Assembly (NCBI GenBank): GCA_036172245.1 | Contig: JAYWIR010000011.1 | Coordinates: 2,232,001-2,296,000 of the forward strand | Direction: 5' to 3' | Length of the DNA stretch: 64,000 nucleotides | Source of the DNA: Raillietiella orientalis | Lineage: Eukaryota | In this document: positions 15,500-26,158 of the stretch, in pieces | Numbering within the stretch: the first letter of the stretch is position 1 | How the letters are laid out: every line of letters begins with the position of its first letter | Made by a program: the position numbers and the translations under genes | The notes under the pieces: generated by a model | Seen by the model: the letters and a program-made list of their open reading frames with translations, nothing else | Told to the model about the DNA's origin: nothing | Databases searched by the model: none

Positions 15500-16480
15500 T
15501 TCGCCCAATCTATCCATATGTGTTTATCGATGTTTGAAGATTGAAGAAATCAATGGAGTTTTCTGCTAAAGTACCGCCAGAATGCCACACAACACGGAAG
15601 AATGGTGTTTTCTCGTCTGGTGGAACATGATGTTGTGGGTGAGAAGCAGCAGCGTAATCTAGAAAAATGAGCTGCATTCCACCACCGTCTCAAGTTGAAA
15701 ATCTGGAACAGAGATAAAACTGAGGAGCACTCGAAATCGGATTTTCTTAAATTTCATGCCCATCCGGAAAATCCAAAGAAAAGTGGACGATTGCAGCAGA
15801 AAAGAACGATCAAGTTGTTGTCGGGGATTTTGCGTTTGACCACCACCCGATACGGAAACGTCCTCGCTTCGGGCGTCCATGAAGCACTGCCATTCCCTGG
15901 TTGAAACACCTATGGGTCAGACAAGGACATGACATGCTTTCGGCTGCACGGGGAGCCTAGCAACCTCTTGTTCTCTGGGGGAAGCCTGAGGTTTTCGGAC
16001 TTGCACTCTACTCGCCTCAACTTTCTGCCCATCGGGAATGCGGCCAGGAGAAATGAAGATCTGAAGATGCCACCAATCGGAGGAGAAGTACTTGACCACC
16101 GTATGAGTCATCTCGCATGACGGGATGCGATAGAGGATGGACTCAAGAAGGCGCGAACTCCAGAAGAAGGGTTGTGGTTTCGCAAGATCGGATGATCCCA
16201 GGCTCGAATACCTCTGGAACCTAAACCTCACGCGCAAGAGAAGAGGAAACGAACCTGTGATCTGCTCGTCTGAAAGGGACAACAGAGGCATCCACGCAGA
16301 TCGGATGCGGAAGTTGATGATCCGATTCAAGCTGAAAATTTTCAAAAGCGGTATGCTTGTCGGAAGATCTTCGATTTCGATGAAAAACCAGTCGGCAGTC
16401 CCAGCAGGGATTTCTCACCAATGCAACAAGAACACGGGTTCAACTAGCATGAGCTCGAGACTACAAACTGCTTAAATGCA
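15500..16480 (+). mobile_element. Possible P-element/THAP9-like transposase remnant
   Basis: Collinear traces LTTTRYGNVLASG, HRMSHLA and SDDPRLEYL resemble conserved P-like transposase blocks; stops and frameshifts throughout. Confidence 0.3.
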
Positions 16481-16759
16481 TGCACAAACACTGGGTTTGT
16501 GTTCGCCGTCATGTGTTTTTTCCTTTTTCTTTCACAGTGCACTACCCTTTCTTGTTCTGTGTTTGCACGCGGAGTAAAAACCTGGTTTCTTTCAAGTCCA
16601 GGGAGCTTTGCCGCGCGCAGCAGCCGGATGGTAGCTTTTTCGAGAGAAAGGACCGGAACTTTAGGTTTGGTCGATGGATGCTCGGGTGTCTTCTCGAGAG
16701 TCGCACTGCTGTCTTCACCGGTCTGCGAAATGAAGATTTCTAAAAGTGAAGCCACTTCA

Positions 16760-17100
16760 GTGCTCGAGGAATCACGTCCGAAAGGAGGATGGCCCACGCA
16801 AGGTCAGCTCCCGCGAAGCGCCCCCGCCCTCTGCGGATCCACGCCGAGGCGTGCGGCGCCCTCCGCGTGCGACCCCGCGGCGCGTCTTTCCGCCGCTGGT
16901 CCTGCTGCTGAAGAGGCTTCGAGATGTATCTAATGTATTACCTGAATGAAAAAGGAGAGAGGGTGTACACGCTGAAGGTTGGTGTTCTTTTCCTGTTTTT
17001 TTTTTTTTTTTTTTTTTCCACAGCCGAGTTCGCAAAAGGTGAATCGATTCCAAATCCGTCGTTCGCGTAGAGTAACTCATCATTCGGATCAAATGGCGCC
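16760..17100 (+). promoter_or_regulatory. CpG-rich promoter/first-exon island of a spliced + strand transcript
   Basis: Short GC/CpG-dense island followed by an intron-like ~44-nt segment (GTTGGT..poly-T..CCACAG, ~16978-17022) and then CpG-poor AT-rich DNA. Confidence 0.5.
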
Positions 17101-17262
17101 CAAAACTGTTGTATTGTTCGGTAGTTTTCGGTGGCCTTTAACGAGGGATTTCACCGTTCACAGCGTTTCCCGCCCGATTTGGAATTAAGGATTTGTTTGG
17201 GAACAGTTGGAAAGTTTCGAGATTTGGGCACCGGCAACCTAACTGTCGTGTATTATTTCCAG

Positions 17263-17305
17263 AGCATTGATCCCAATGGCAACAAAACATGTTCTGCACA
17301 TCCAG
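17263..17305 (+). CDS. Small exon with putative start codon (MATKHVLHIQ)
   Basis: CCTAAC branch-like site, TATTTCCAG acceptor at 17262, ATG at 17276 and a consensus CAG|GTAAGT donor (phase 0) at 17305/17306. The downstream partner exon is uncertain. Confidence 0.45.
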
Positions 17306-20300
17306 GTAAGTGATTAGAGGTGTTATATGGTGGTCACTGAGAACCAGCAGAATGCTTCCCCTTAAACATCGCCGGTTTGTATTGTAATCACTGTTTTGAT
17401 CATTTCAGCTCGATTCAGTCCAGAAGATAAGTATTCCAAATACAGAATTATAATCAAGAAACGCTTTGGATTATTACCTACCCAGCAGGCACCAGTTGTT
17501 TATTGAGGCTCAAAGACTTTTCAGGGTGTATTTTATATGCTGTTGTATGATGAAAAACATTAACTTAATAAAATTGAAGTTTCTGCCTTATAGGCCCTAT
17601 TTTGCATCTCTGCTTTCATTGAAGAACTAGTCCATCTGAAAGCTGTGTCAGAATAGTAAATGGGCATATTTCAATTCTGATAAAACTGTTATGAAAAATT
17701 TCAATTTTACTCTGTGAAGCAGTGTTCAAGGGAACAGTAATGTATTTGTTAACACCCAGTTACATGGGGGGTAATGTTGTATTTGCAATAAAGTTCACGT
17801 TTTTTGAATTGTCAGCCTTGCTTTAATGAAAGTTTTGAGATGATTAAACAGGGCTGCTTACCGCATGTATTTTAAGGTTATGTTCAGAGCTTTATTAATT
17901 GAAACAAGACTGCATAAGGAACTACAGTGATCCTGGTATCGAATCTTGGCAAATTATGTTCCCATTAGTTGGGTAGTCATCTGATGTGTAAGCCAAGTGC
18001 CAAAGTATGCAGTGTTTTAAACCAATGTGTTCTCTGGTGTCAGTTATATCAAATGAATCAGAAATCCTAATGCCAAATGTAGTTCGCAAATAAATTGCTA
18101 TATTTATGATGTATTAAAATTACATTTAATGTATGATTTGCACATGTTTTCAAGTCTGTTGGGTTTGTTCAGGATTGATAAAATGCCAAGGAAAAGCATA
18201 AACTGCATGGAAATATGCAATGCTTTGTGAACATGCAAACAAGTAAAAGACTTTCAGAAGCAGTGGTTGTTCAAAGGAAGCATTTTTGAATTGATTTTTT
18301 ACAAGTCATCAACTACCTACTATCAGAAAACACCTGATTTTGTAATATCTCAAATTTCTACACTTTTGAGGTGCTGATTAAGCATTGTGTTTAATGTTGC
18401 CTCTTGGTTATGTAAGAAAAATGTGCTGCTTTAACTGGAAGTTTTGGGCATGATTCAGTAACCTGTAAAGAATTAGCATGTCAAGATTGCATTTCAAAAT
18501 GTTAACTTTATTGTGACCACCGTTGGAACTGGTATGATAGAAAATTTGATGATAATCCAATAAACAAAAATAAAGAGTCTTCACTTTGGAGATGTTCACT
18601 GCCATTAAAACACATGCATTTCGCCCGCGGGAGATGACTGGGAATTATTTATAAAGTGCATTTGCCATTCTTTGTGTTTATTCTTTTACCAAGCATCAAA
18701 AATGCAAGTCCATTAGTTGGCACTTATGGATTTTGGGATTTGGACGACTTCACGTAGGGTTACAACGATTAGATTCTTCGTTATTACCAGCTTTGCTTAC
18801 TGTTTGCGTTCCTTGTTAAATGAAACGAAAATTTCTGTCACATCAGTCATAAATCCTCCTAGCCTGAGAGGATGATTCATGTTCTGCGCATCCTACCCAC
18901 GATGCTCGTAATGATTTTTCATCATCATTCAAAATGTAACGATTTGACTGGCAGTGCGTAATCTGCGTAGTGATCCAGGCCCTCTTTCTGCAAACGTGCT
19001 GCTGGTCTGTTGCATGGTAGAGAAAAGAGATTAACAGTGGGCTGATCTAATTCCAGTCAACACCGTCAAGACGCAGATTTAAGTTCGTGACATCGACTGA
19101 CGAGTTGAGTGAGGTGATTTGGCTCGCCTCCTCTGCGAGGTGCCTTTCGAGTTCTTCCACAGCTCACCACTATGGAGAGATTTGGTGATCTCGAACACCT
19201 AGATGAGAAAAGTTACCAAGACCATCGGGGTTGGTAAACCGGTAGGCGTTTAAGCATCCTTGAAATGAAAGCAAGGTGATTGCACAACTGTGAACCTGCA
19301 GAACTCAGCAAACTTCTGTCTTTCGGAATTTCTTCTGCTCACGGCGGTTGACCCGTTGAACGGAGGTGAAATAAAGGGAAGCTCTTCGCCGAAAGCCGGT
19401 GAGATTCCGAGTGCCACGGAAACGACGGTGGAGTTCGTGAGGATGCTTTGAGACCCAGCCGTACAAAAACACATGGACGTCTAACGTGTATTTTGTAAGC
19501 AGTTTTCAAGGCTTTCAGGTTCCCTGTTTGTGAAGTGATGGCACTCCTGAGATCAGTTCAACAGGCATACACTATTACACTTGAATTAGCGTCTTTCTAC
19601 TGGGATCGTCTGGTTACACGACAGGTGAAAACATTCGTCGAACCAGCCATGTAGCTATAGACAGCTTTCACTCTCAGCATGCAAAGCAGCAAAGTAAAAC
19701 GTTGCTTTCATTAGCGTAATGCAGCGGGTAAAAACTACTCATTTGGTAACCTTGAAATTCATCCACAGGGATGCCAAGACCTATGCAAGGAGATGCATAA
19801 TATTTTCAATGCTGTGGATCAAGATGTGAACGCCCCAGACCAGTCAGAACAGCCCTACTTTGAATGGCAAATACTTTCAGCGACTGCGGTCAACCTCATC
19901 AGCATTTGTTAAACTTCTGCGCCGACTTTTTCCGTGTGCTGTTCTGCGTCTCCGTATACAAACAGACGTGGAAGCATCTGGAAATGGAGCACACGAGAAA
20001 CCTGAAATTGCACCGTTTCTCTGATCATCAAAGTACCTTCAAGGAATGCTAATGCGAATTTCAGCATTGACAAAACATCAAAATTGGCTAGCTTTTGATT
20101 GTGCATTTTCAAAAACAAAAATTCACAGAGCGATCCAAGGCATCGACTGCATGGAACCAATAAATCTATTAAAGTACTTTGGCTTACTAATTTCTCTCAC
20201 AAAATGGCAGTTAACCTTACATTCTTATGCAGCTTATGGAAGAGATGTACGAATTACTTCGGAATGCTGGCATATACTCGTCACCTCCCAAACAAATACC

Positions 20301-20739
20301 ACAGTTTCGAATATGCTAAGGAATTCAATCGGAGATATCGGAATATTTCCAACTTCCGGTGAATTTGCAGTAAAAGAACTGTGATCGATGCCATCGTCAG
20401 TCATTCTACAGTGATGAGACGTATCTTTAGGTTCCCCTGTCGCTTAGAACGAGAGAATTGTGGAAACTGATCCGGAATTGAAGTGATCGCAGGAAGTACT
20501 CTTCTACCAGCCTGATTTGCTTTGAATTATTCGTACAGATTAATGGGTACCCCTTGTTTTGGCTGAGCCTGAAGATGATTTGCTACAATGAATGAGTTAT
20601 GAGCTGTGCAACTTGAGGAATCCACATGGAAATGAAAGGGAGTTCTTGCTTTCAGTCCAGAACTGGCAAGCCCGCGCGCTCTATAAATCAAACGCAATCA
20701 AAGAGTTCTCTCGTGTTGCAAACGTTAGCCACGTTCCTT

Positions 20740-21877
20740 CTAGATTGAAAGAACCATTCGATTACTCTTGATAGAAATGGAAATCAAGATCAGTCGTGCC
20801 AATGCAGGTGAGAGGTTGTAGACTGTTGCTTCGGTGCTGGATGAACATTCTGCAGCTGGAAATGAAGTTTCGCAATTCCTTGAAAAGCTACGCACGTTGT
20901 GTTGTTCACATCGCTGGAGCTCGAAAGCATGATCTCCTGCTCTTTCATCGTTTCCTGTGCTGTTCATCATTCGCACAAAGATTTCGAAACCGCTTGTTGC
21001 TGAGGACATGCACGGCTAAGAATCGAGAACGAGATTTCCATACGACACCAAAAATAATTGCCAAGCAAGAAAATGTTTGGGTAATACTCTTTATTTGAAA
21101 AAAAGCATTCCGTCCATCAGGGGCACCACGTGGCAGACGGAATAAGTGTTCTCCCTGCGAAATGGCACTCAAACGAACCATTCTGCTTTTTGGGTTGTTG
21201 ATATATCTCTGAAAGCAAGACAGGGTTCCCATATGAGTTTTTGCCTGAACTAAATGCATGCAAAACAAAAACAAGTAGAACCACGGGATGAGAAAAAGGA
21301 GGAGTCGATTCGTTTCTATACTATTCTGCTAGGTAACACAGCTCGTGGAATCCCAAATTCAGAAAATTCTTCGATACTCGACAGAAAAAAAAAATAGCGG
21401 CAGGCAAAATCCTAAAAATGAATGGAATGGAAGTTTGTTGAACAGCTCGGTGGTCCGCGAAAAGAGTGCATTCAACGTGCCGAGGGCGAACGACAGCAAC
21501 AAAAGTGCAATACGCTGCTTTATGAAACGCAAAGTCGTGGCTTTCGAGGATCTGCTTCGGCCCTTGATTACGACATTGCTTGCCACCTTACGAACAAAAT
21601 GTCGAAAGCGTTGACATTTGAGAGATGGATTTCGATTTGGAACCGGCGAGGGACTGTTTCCCTTGCTCGCGACATCCACCAGGTGCGCTTCTTCCTCCCA
21701 CGATACACCAAGGTTTCGAAAGACTGAGCAAAAGCGAAAGCATTTCCTCCTCTTTTCTGCCTACCCACGTTCTGCGTTGTTCCGCAGTTCTTCCGGACGA
21801 GTAGTACGATACGCTATGTGTACAACGCGGGTTTCGCTCCGTACGACGAAAAAAAAACCGCGTTGTACGGGGTGACC
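20740..21877 (+). mobile_element. Decayed Tigger/pogo (Tc1/mariner superfamily) transposon with right TIR
   Basis: Traces EMEIKISRANAGERL*TVAS (CENP-B-type HTH), KIIAKQENVWVI and a C-terminal LTNKMSKA..EMDFDLE..RDIHQ. Ends in CGCGTTGTACGGGGTGAC, matching the TIR of the 57047-58065 element. Confidence 0.55.
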
Positions 21878-22305
21878 GGCCCCGTACAACGCGGCGAAGG
21901 AACGGCCCCTGGGCGCTGCGGATGAATTTTGATTTCGCGGCCCAGTGTCCGTTCGGCTGTTTATAAAAAAAAAAAAAGAATGTTTGGATGGATTAAGCAG
22001 GCTGAACTGTTGAACAACGAGAACAACAGAGAGCTGAGACCACAGAAACCTTCAAATCGGTTAACGAAATATCAGCGAAATTCTGAAAGTTTTTGTTTGT
22101 TTGTTTTTTCAATTCAAGTTACATAAGAAACACTTTTCATTATTTCCTTCTTGTTTTAAAGTGACGTGACAGATCTTCTGCTGTTCTCACGTGTAAGGTG
22201 TTTTATGTTTTTTAAATGAAGGAATCGGTTTATTTTATATCCATCATGTGATCCATGTATAACCACGGGACTCCTATAACGCAGAATGTACTCCTCGCGG
22301 TTCAC
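21878..22305 (+). mobile_element. Tigger-like MITE, copy without insert
   Basis: Starts CCCCGTACAACGCGG. Internal blocks AACAACGAGA, CGAAATTCTGAAAG and TTGTTTTAAAGTG and the right end ATCCATGTATAACC..CTCCTATAACGCAGAATGTA..CGCG all align with 57047-58065. Confidence 0.75.
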
Positions 22306-22950
22306 GAGACGGTCGAGGAGCTCCGCTGGAGAGACGTCCGGGAGGTCGGCGTCGGGCGCATCCGGACGTCGCCTGAGTGTCGCGCAGACGACGACGACGA
22401 CGATGACGCCTGCGTGCTGTCCCTCGGCCTCTTCTCCGGGGAGCACCTCGATGTCCTCCCCGGGGACCAGCGCACCCTATTCCGCCTATTCGAAGCCGCC
22501 TGGGACAGCTTCCTGCACGACTCGGCGCTGCTGAACCGGGTGACCCCCTCCTGCGAGCACGTCTACCTCACCCTGTCCGCCTACATCGAGCTGGAGCGCT
22601 GCGTGCGCCCCGCCATCATCACGAAGGACCTCTGCGTGGTCGTGCTGGGCCGCGACGGAGCTCGGAGGTCCCTGAGGCGGCTGTTCACGTCGACGGGACA
22701 GGGGCGTCACCCGTTCGAGACCCACCGGCTGAGCGGCGTCTACGAGGTGCAGCTGCGCCGCTGCACGGGAGCACGTAGTCCAGGGATGCAGCGCCGCCAG
22801 AGGCGGGTGCTGGACACCAGCGGGGTGTACGTGCGCGGCGAGGAGAACCTCAAGGGTTGGGCCCCCCGCGGCGACCACCTCCTCTTCGAGCACCAGTGGG
22901 AGCTGGAGAAGCTGACACGCCTAGAGCACGAGGTCCTTCTCTGTGTTTGA
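22255..22950 (+). CDS. unc-104: Isolated kinesin-3 unc-104/KIF1A-B tail fragment (DUF3694 region), 231-aa intact ORF; partial duplicate, chimera or retrocopy
   Basis: [39 protein letters not shown] and [44 protein letters not shown] are diagnostic of KIF1/unc-104. Homology spans ~22299-22935. No motor, FHA or PH exons were seen elsewhere in the window. AATAAA at 23018-23023. Confidence 0.9.
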   Translation: MYNHGTPITQNVLLAVHETVEELRWRDVREVGVGRIRTSPECRADDDDDDDACVLSLGLFSGEHLDVLPGDQRTLFRLFEAAWDSFLHDSALLNRVTPSCEHVYLTLSAYIELERCVRPAIITKDLCVVVLGRDGARRSLRRLFTSTGQGRHPFETHRLSGVYEVQLRRCTGARSPGMQRRQRRVLDTSGVYVRGEENLKGWAPRGDHLLFEHQWELEKLTRLEHEVLLCV

Positions 22951-23249
22951 AACACCCGAACTGTGTTGAGTGCTACACGAGGTGTCGTTCTGGACACTCT
23001 CCCGAAAATAAGGATTGAATAAAGATTCGCATACGAGTTGACTGATATCGTGTTGCGTTTTGAGGCTCTGCGTCGCTGACAGCTGCCTTCCTTGCCGATA
23101 GTTGCGTGATTTCAACGTCGTCAACACTTCGCCCATCATCTTCCCAACACGTGGTGTTTCACAAGTGTGTACTTCGAAATGCACAAGAGAAAAGACCCTC
23201 ACGTTCGCCTGCTACCCGCATATGACCCATCCTGACTGACGCATGGTCA

Positions 23250-23960
23250 CTTGCCAGTTAAGTTTGTGGACTTGCAAGATACCTTTACAAACGAATCGCA
23301 ACCAAGAACTTCAGCTGTTCCGAGTGCAGTTTTCTCTTCAGGCTTCTATATCCTCCAAGTGACACTTTGTGTTTGAGGGGTGTTTGGACGTTAACGCTTG
23401 GTCTCCGCGTGGTATTCTACGCGCTTCGCAGATGGATAGGGAACATTCCACTGTCAAGGAGTCTGGAGCTTAGCCAAGTTGGCATCCGCTAAGTTGGGAA
23501 CTCTCTGGCTTGAGGAGATCGCAAAGGAGGATGTGTGGTACCTGAGAATCAAATCTCACGGGAGCAGGTGTTGCTTCCTCTTATAACCACCCTCCAAGAT
23601 AAGCATACCACTGCACTCTGGGCAGCAGAACCGAACGTGTTCGTGCTGGCGGATGTTAACGAGCACGGCGGTCCGGATCGTCCTCAGGTGGCACTATGGG
23701 TTCTCCTTTTCCATTTTGCGTTTTCCAGCACGAGCGCGTCTTCTGCTTTACTGTCTGGGCCTCCTCCTCTTCGTGGTCATCTACTTTTGCCGCTGCTCGA
23801 CGCCGTGATGCATGAGGACACTTCCTGGTCGAGACGTTCGTTTTCCGACTCGCTCACACCGAGGGACCTTGGCAAGTTTCTTCATCGTCCAGATGAGTGC
23901 CACGCTACGACAAGAATCTGGATGGCTTCCAGCGGATTGCTGTTCCTCCTTTAAAGGACC
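23250..23960 (+). mobile_element. Possible decayed LINE 3' fragment
   Basis: Weak resemblance to the 9300-9830 LINE 3' region (e.g. GGTGGCACTATGGG vs GGTGGTACATGGGG); degenerate. Confidence 0.3.
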
Positions 23961-24699
23961 ACAACTGGGTTGCTCCCTCCATGGATTTGAACCCGCTGCC
24001 GGTACGCAACACGTGCTGGCCGTCATTTTAACAAGCACTGTACAATGGTGCACAAGCGGTGCTTGGCTCACCATGAGCGCGTATCATTGGGATCCTCGAG
24101 CGTAGAATCCTCGTGTTTACAGAACCACACGCAAATCGAATCTTCTAGAGCGTTTCTCGGATTGGAAGCATCCGCGCAGCGAACCAGCCTTCCCTGATTT
24201 GAGAAGAAATTCCCCGTTTTCATCCGTGCCGATGTACCGTTTCGTTTGTATCTCATGTGTACCACGTTTCCTCGTATGTACATGGCACGATGAGCATTTC
24301 TGCCTGAAAAAGGTAATGCGTTTTCCGTATACGGATACAGATTGCTACTTCATTTTCTATACTGCAGGACCTTCCGTCCGTGCATCTAACAACTAATTAT
24401 TTCCCACTTGGAGGAAGCACCCGCTTTTTGATCCTCTTTTGATTCATTCTCTTCCTTCTAATTCATGTCAGGAAATGGCTTTCCTACATCGTGGTGATTT
24501 TTAATCACGCTTCATCGACGGGTGATTTTTTCTTAACTCAGCGCCATGGTTACCTCGAGGAGGCAGCTGGCAGAGAGAAAAACGTAGTTCGCCCACAGCG
24601 CTGTCTGTGCCGATGTGCAAAGGACGGGCAACGGTCAGGAATTTCTGCAACGCGTTAGCCGTTTCACCTTTCAAAAGCACTTTGCTCTTTGTGTTGTTT

Positions 24700-25500
24700 T
24701 TCCTCCGTCACCCGTGTTTGACGGCCCACAGTTGCATGGCATTTCCGATTTCACGCATTGAAACCTCAGCAGGTGAAACCAGCACGGAGCACATGAAATC
24801 CATCCACAGTCAGCGATCATCTTTGAACGAAAGTCGGCTCATTCCGAAGTGCAAAGATGACCTGCCGTTCAGCAGCACAACTGCATTCGTAGGTACCCAC
24901 TTTCGTATTTCCACTTTGTCTGACCGTCTGGGTCCTCAGGCTGATTGGACTTGTGTTTGGGTCTTGCTGACCTGCATTCCGTTTCCAACCCCTTCAAGGG
25001 CGTTCTCGAGCATTCCACGAAAGCATCTTTTAATGCGTCGTTGGTACACGCGGTCCTCGTTTCTTACTATCGGATTCGAAACACATCATCGTCATTGCCG
25101 ATGGCGTTCGCATGCTGAAGATCGCGCAAGTCGGAAGTCACGATCCTCCAGGGAAAGAATGGATGCGGCAGGGATCGTTTGCGAATCCCGCACAAGAGCC
25201 ACCAAACCGCTGGCCGCCAGTTCTCCCGAATCCCTCGTTCGAAGGGACGTGATCCAGCTTTCCCGTTCCGAGGATCACTTAAGGGAGTACGTGATCCTCG
25301 GTATAGTTCCGTGGTATTGCGAATCGCGACCAATCCGATTCGTTGAGGAACCACCTCGGTCACGGGAAGTGACACGGCGGCAAAGAGCTCAAGCTCCTCA
25401 AGGAAACCAAATTGCAACTCTCTCCCTCTTCGGTGTGAAATTTTTAGCAGGCGCTCTTCTTTCTCGGCTCAGTTGCAGGAGCACGCGCAGATCACACGGC
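24700..25500 (-). mobile_element. Gypsy LTR-retrotransposon integrase remnant
   Basis: LYRGSR, PAVWW, SLPHPFFPWRIVTSDL and IFALRNEP occur in the order expected for a Gypsy integrase; frameshifted. Confidence 0.55.
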
Positions 25501-26158
25501 GGTTGGGAATACAAAGGCAGTGCGTAGCAGCCAGACATGCAATGTGAAAGCAATGTGAACACACACTTGAGGATTTCAAGCGGAATGCATTCAGGCTGGC
25601 ACACGTGTGCAACTTTTCTCATCATTGCCGCTGTCGCACTTGGCTACCGCTGAGCATTTGGAAAACGGTCCACGGAGAGTTCGGGAGTCGTTCAAGACTG
25701 CGCATGAAAAAAAGGAAAGGAAGAAAGAAAGGTTTATCCGAAAAGCAGCTTCACTCGTTGCCAGCATCCCTTTCCAGCAACTGGAAAGCGCTCTCGGGCA
25801 GTCGACCTCCTCGTTCGAATCAGCTTCGCAGAGGATAGGGAGGAATCAGGAAGAAGTATGGGGAAAATCGAATAAGGGGGAAAACTTGTGGAAGGGACGG
25901 CGGGGGATGGGGTGGGGGGGAGAAGACCCTCTGGAAACTTATAAAGTTGCACATGCTGCAGCAGTCGCACTGGTGCACGTGTTAACGGGGAGTTCGTGTT
26001 TTCGGAAAGTCACAGGGAAGAAGGGATCGGGAGAGCCGAGGGCACACTCGGGACGTTCCCCGGTCTTGGACGCCGTCCCTTCGCGCGCGCACGCACCTTT
26101 TCGTACGATCTTTCCCGTTATGTTTACCCTGATAAATCTGCTTTCCTTATTTGCTGTG

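Noticed and set aside
17545..17645. Box C/D snoRNA candidate (ATGATGA ... CTGA, ~90 nt)
   Set aside because: Weak terminal stem and no rRNA-complementary guide that I could recognise; such motifs are frequent in AT-rich DNA. snoscan or Infernal would settle it.
18945..19210. miRNA candidates (TGGCAGTG seed; CACCA..TGGTG hairpin)
   Set aside because: The match is limited to a seed or a short stem; no full mature sequence or extended precursor hairpin.
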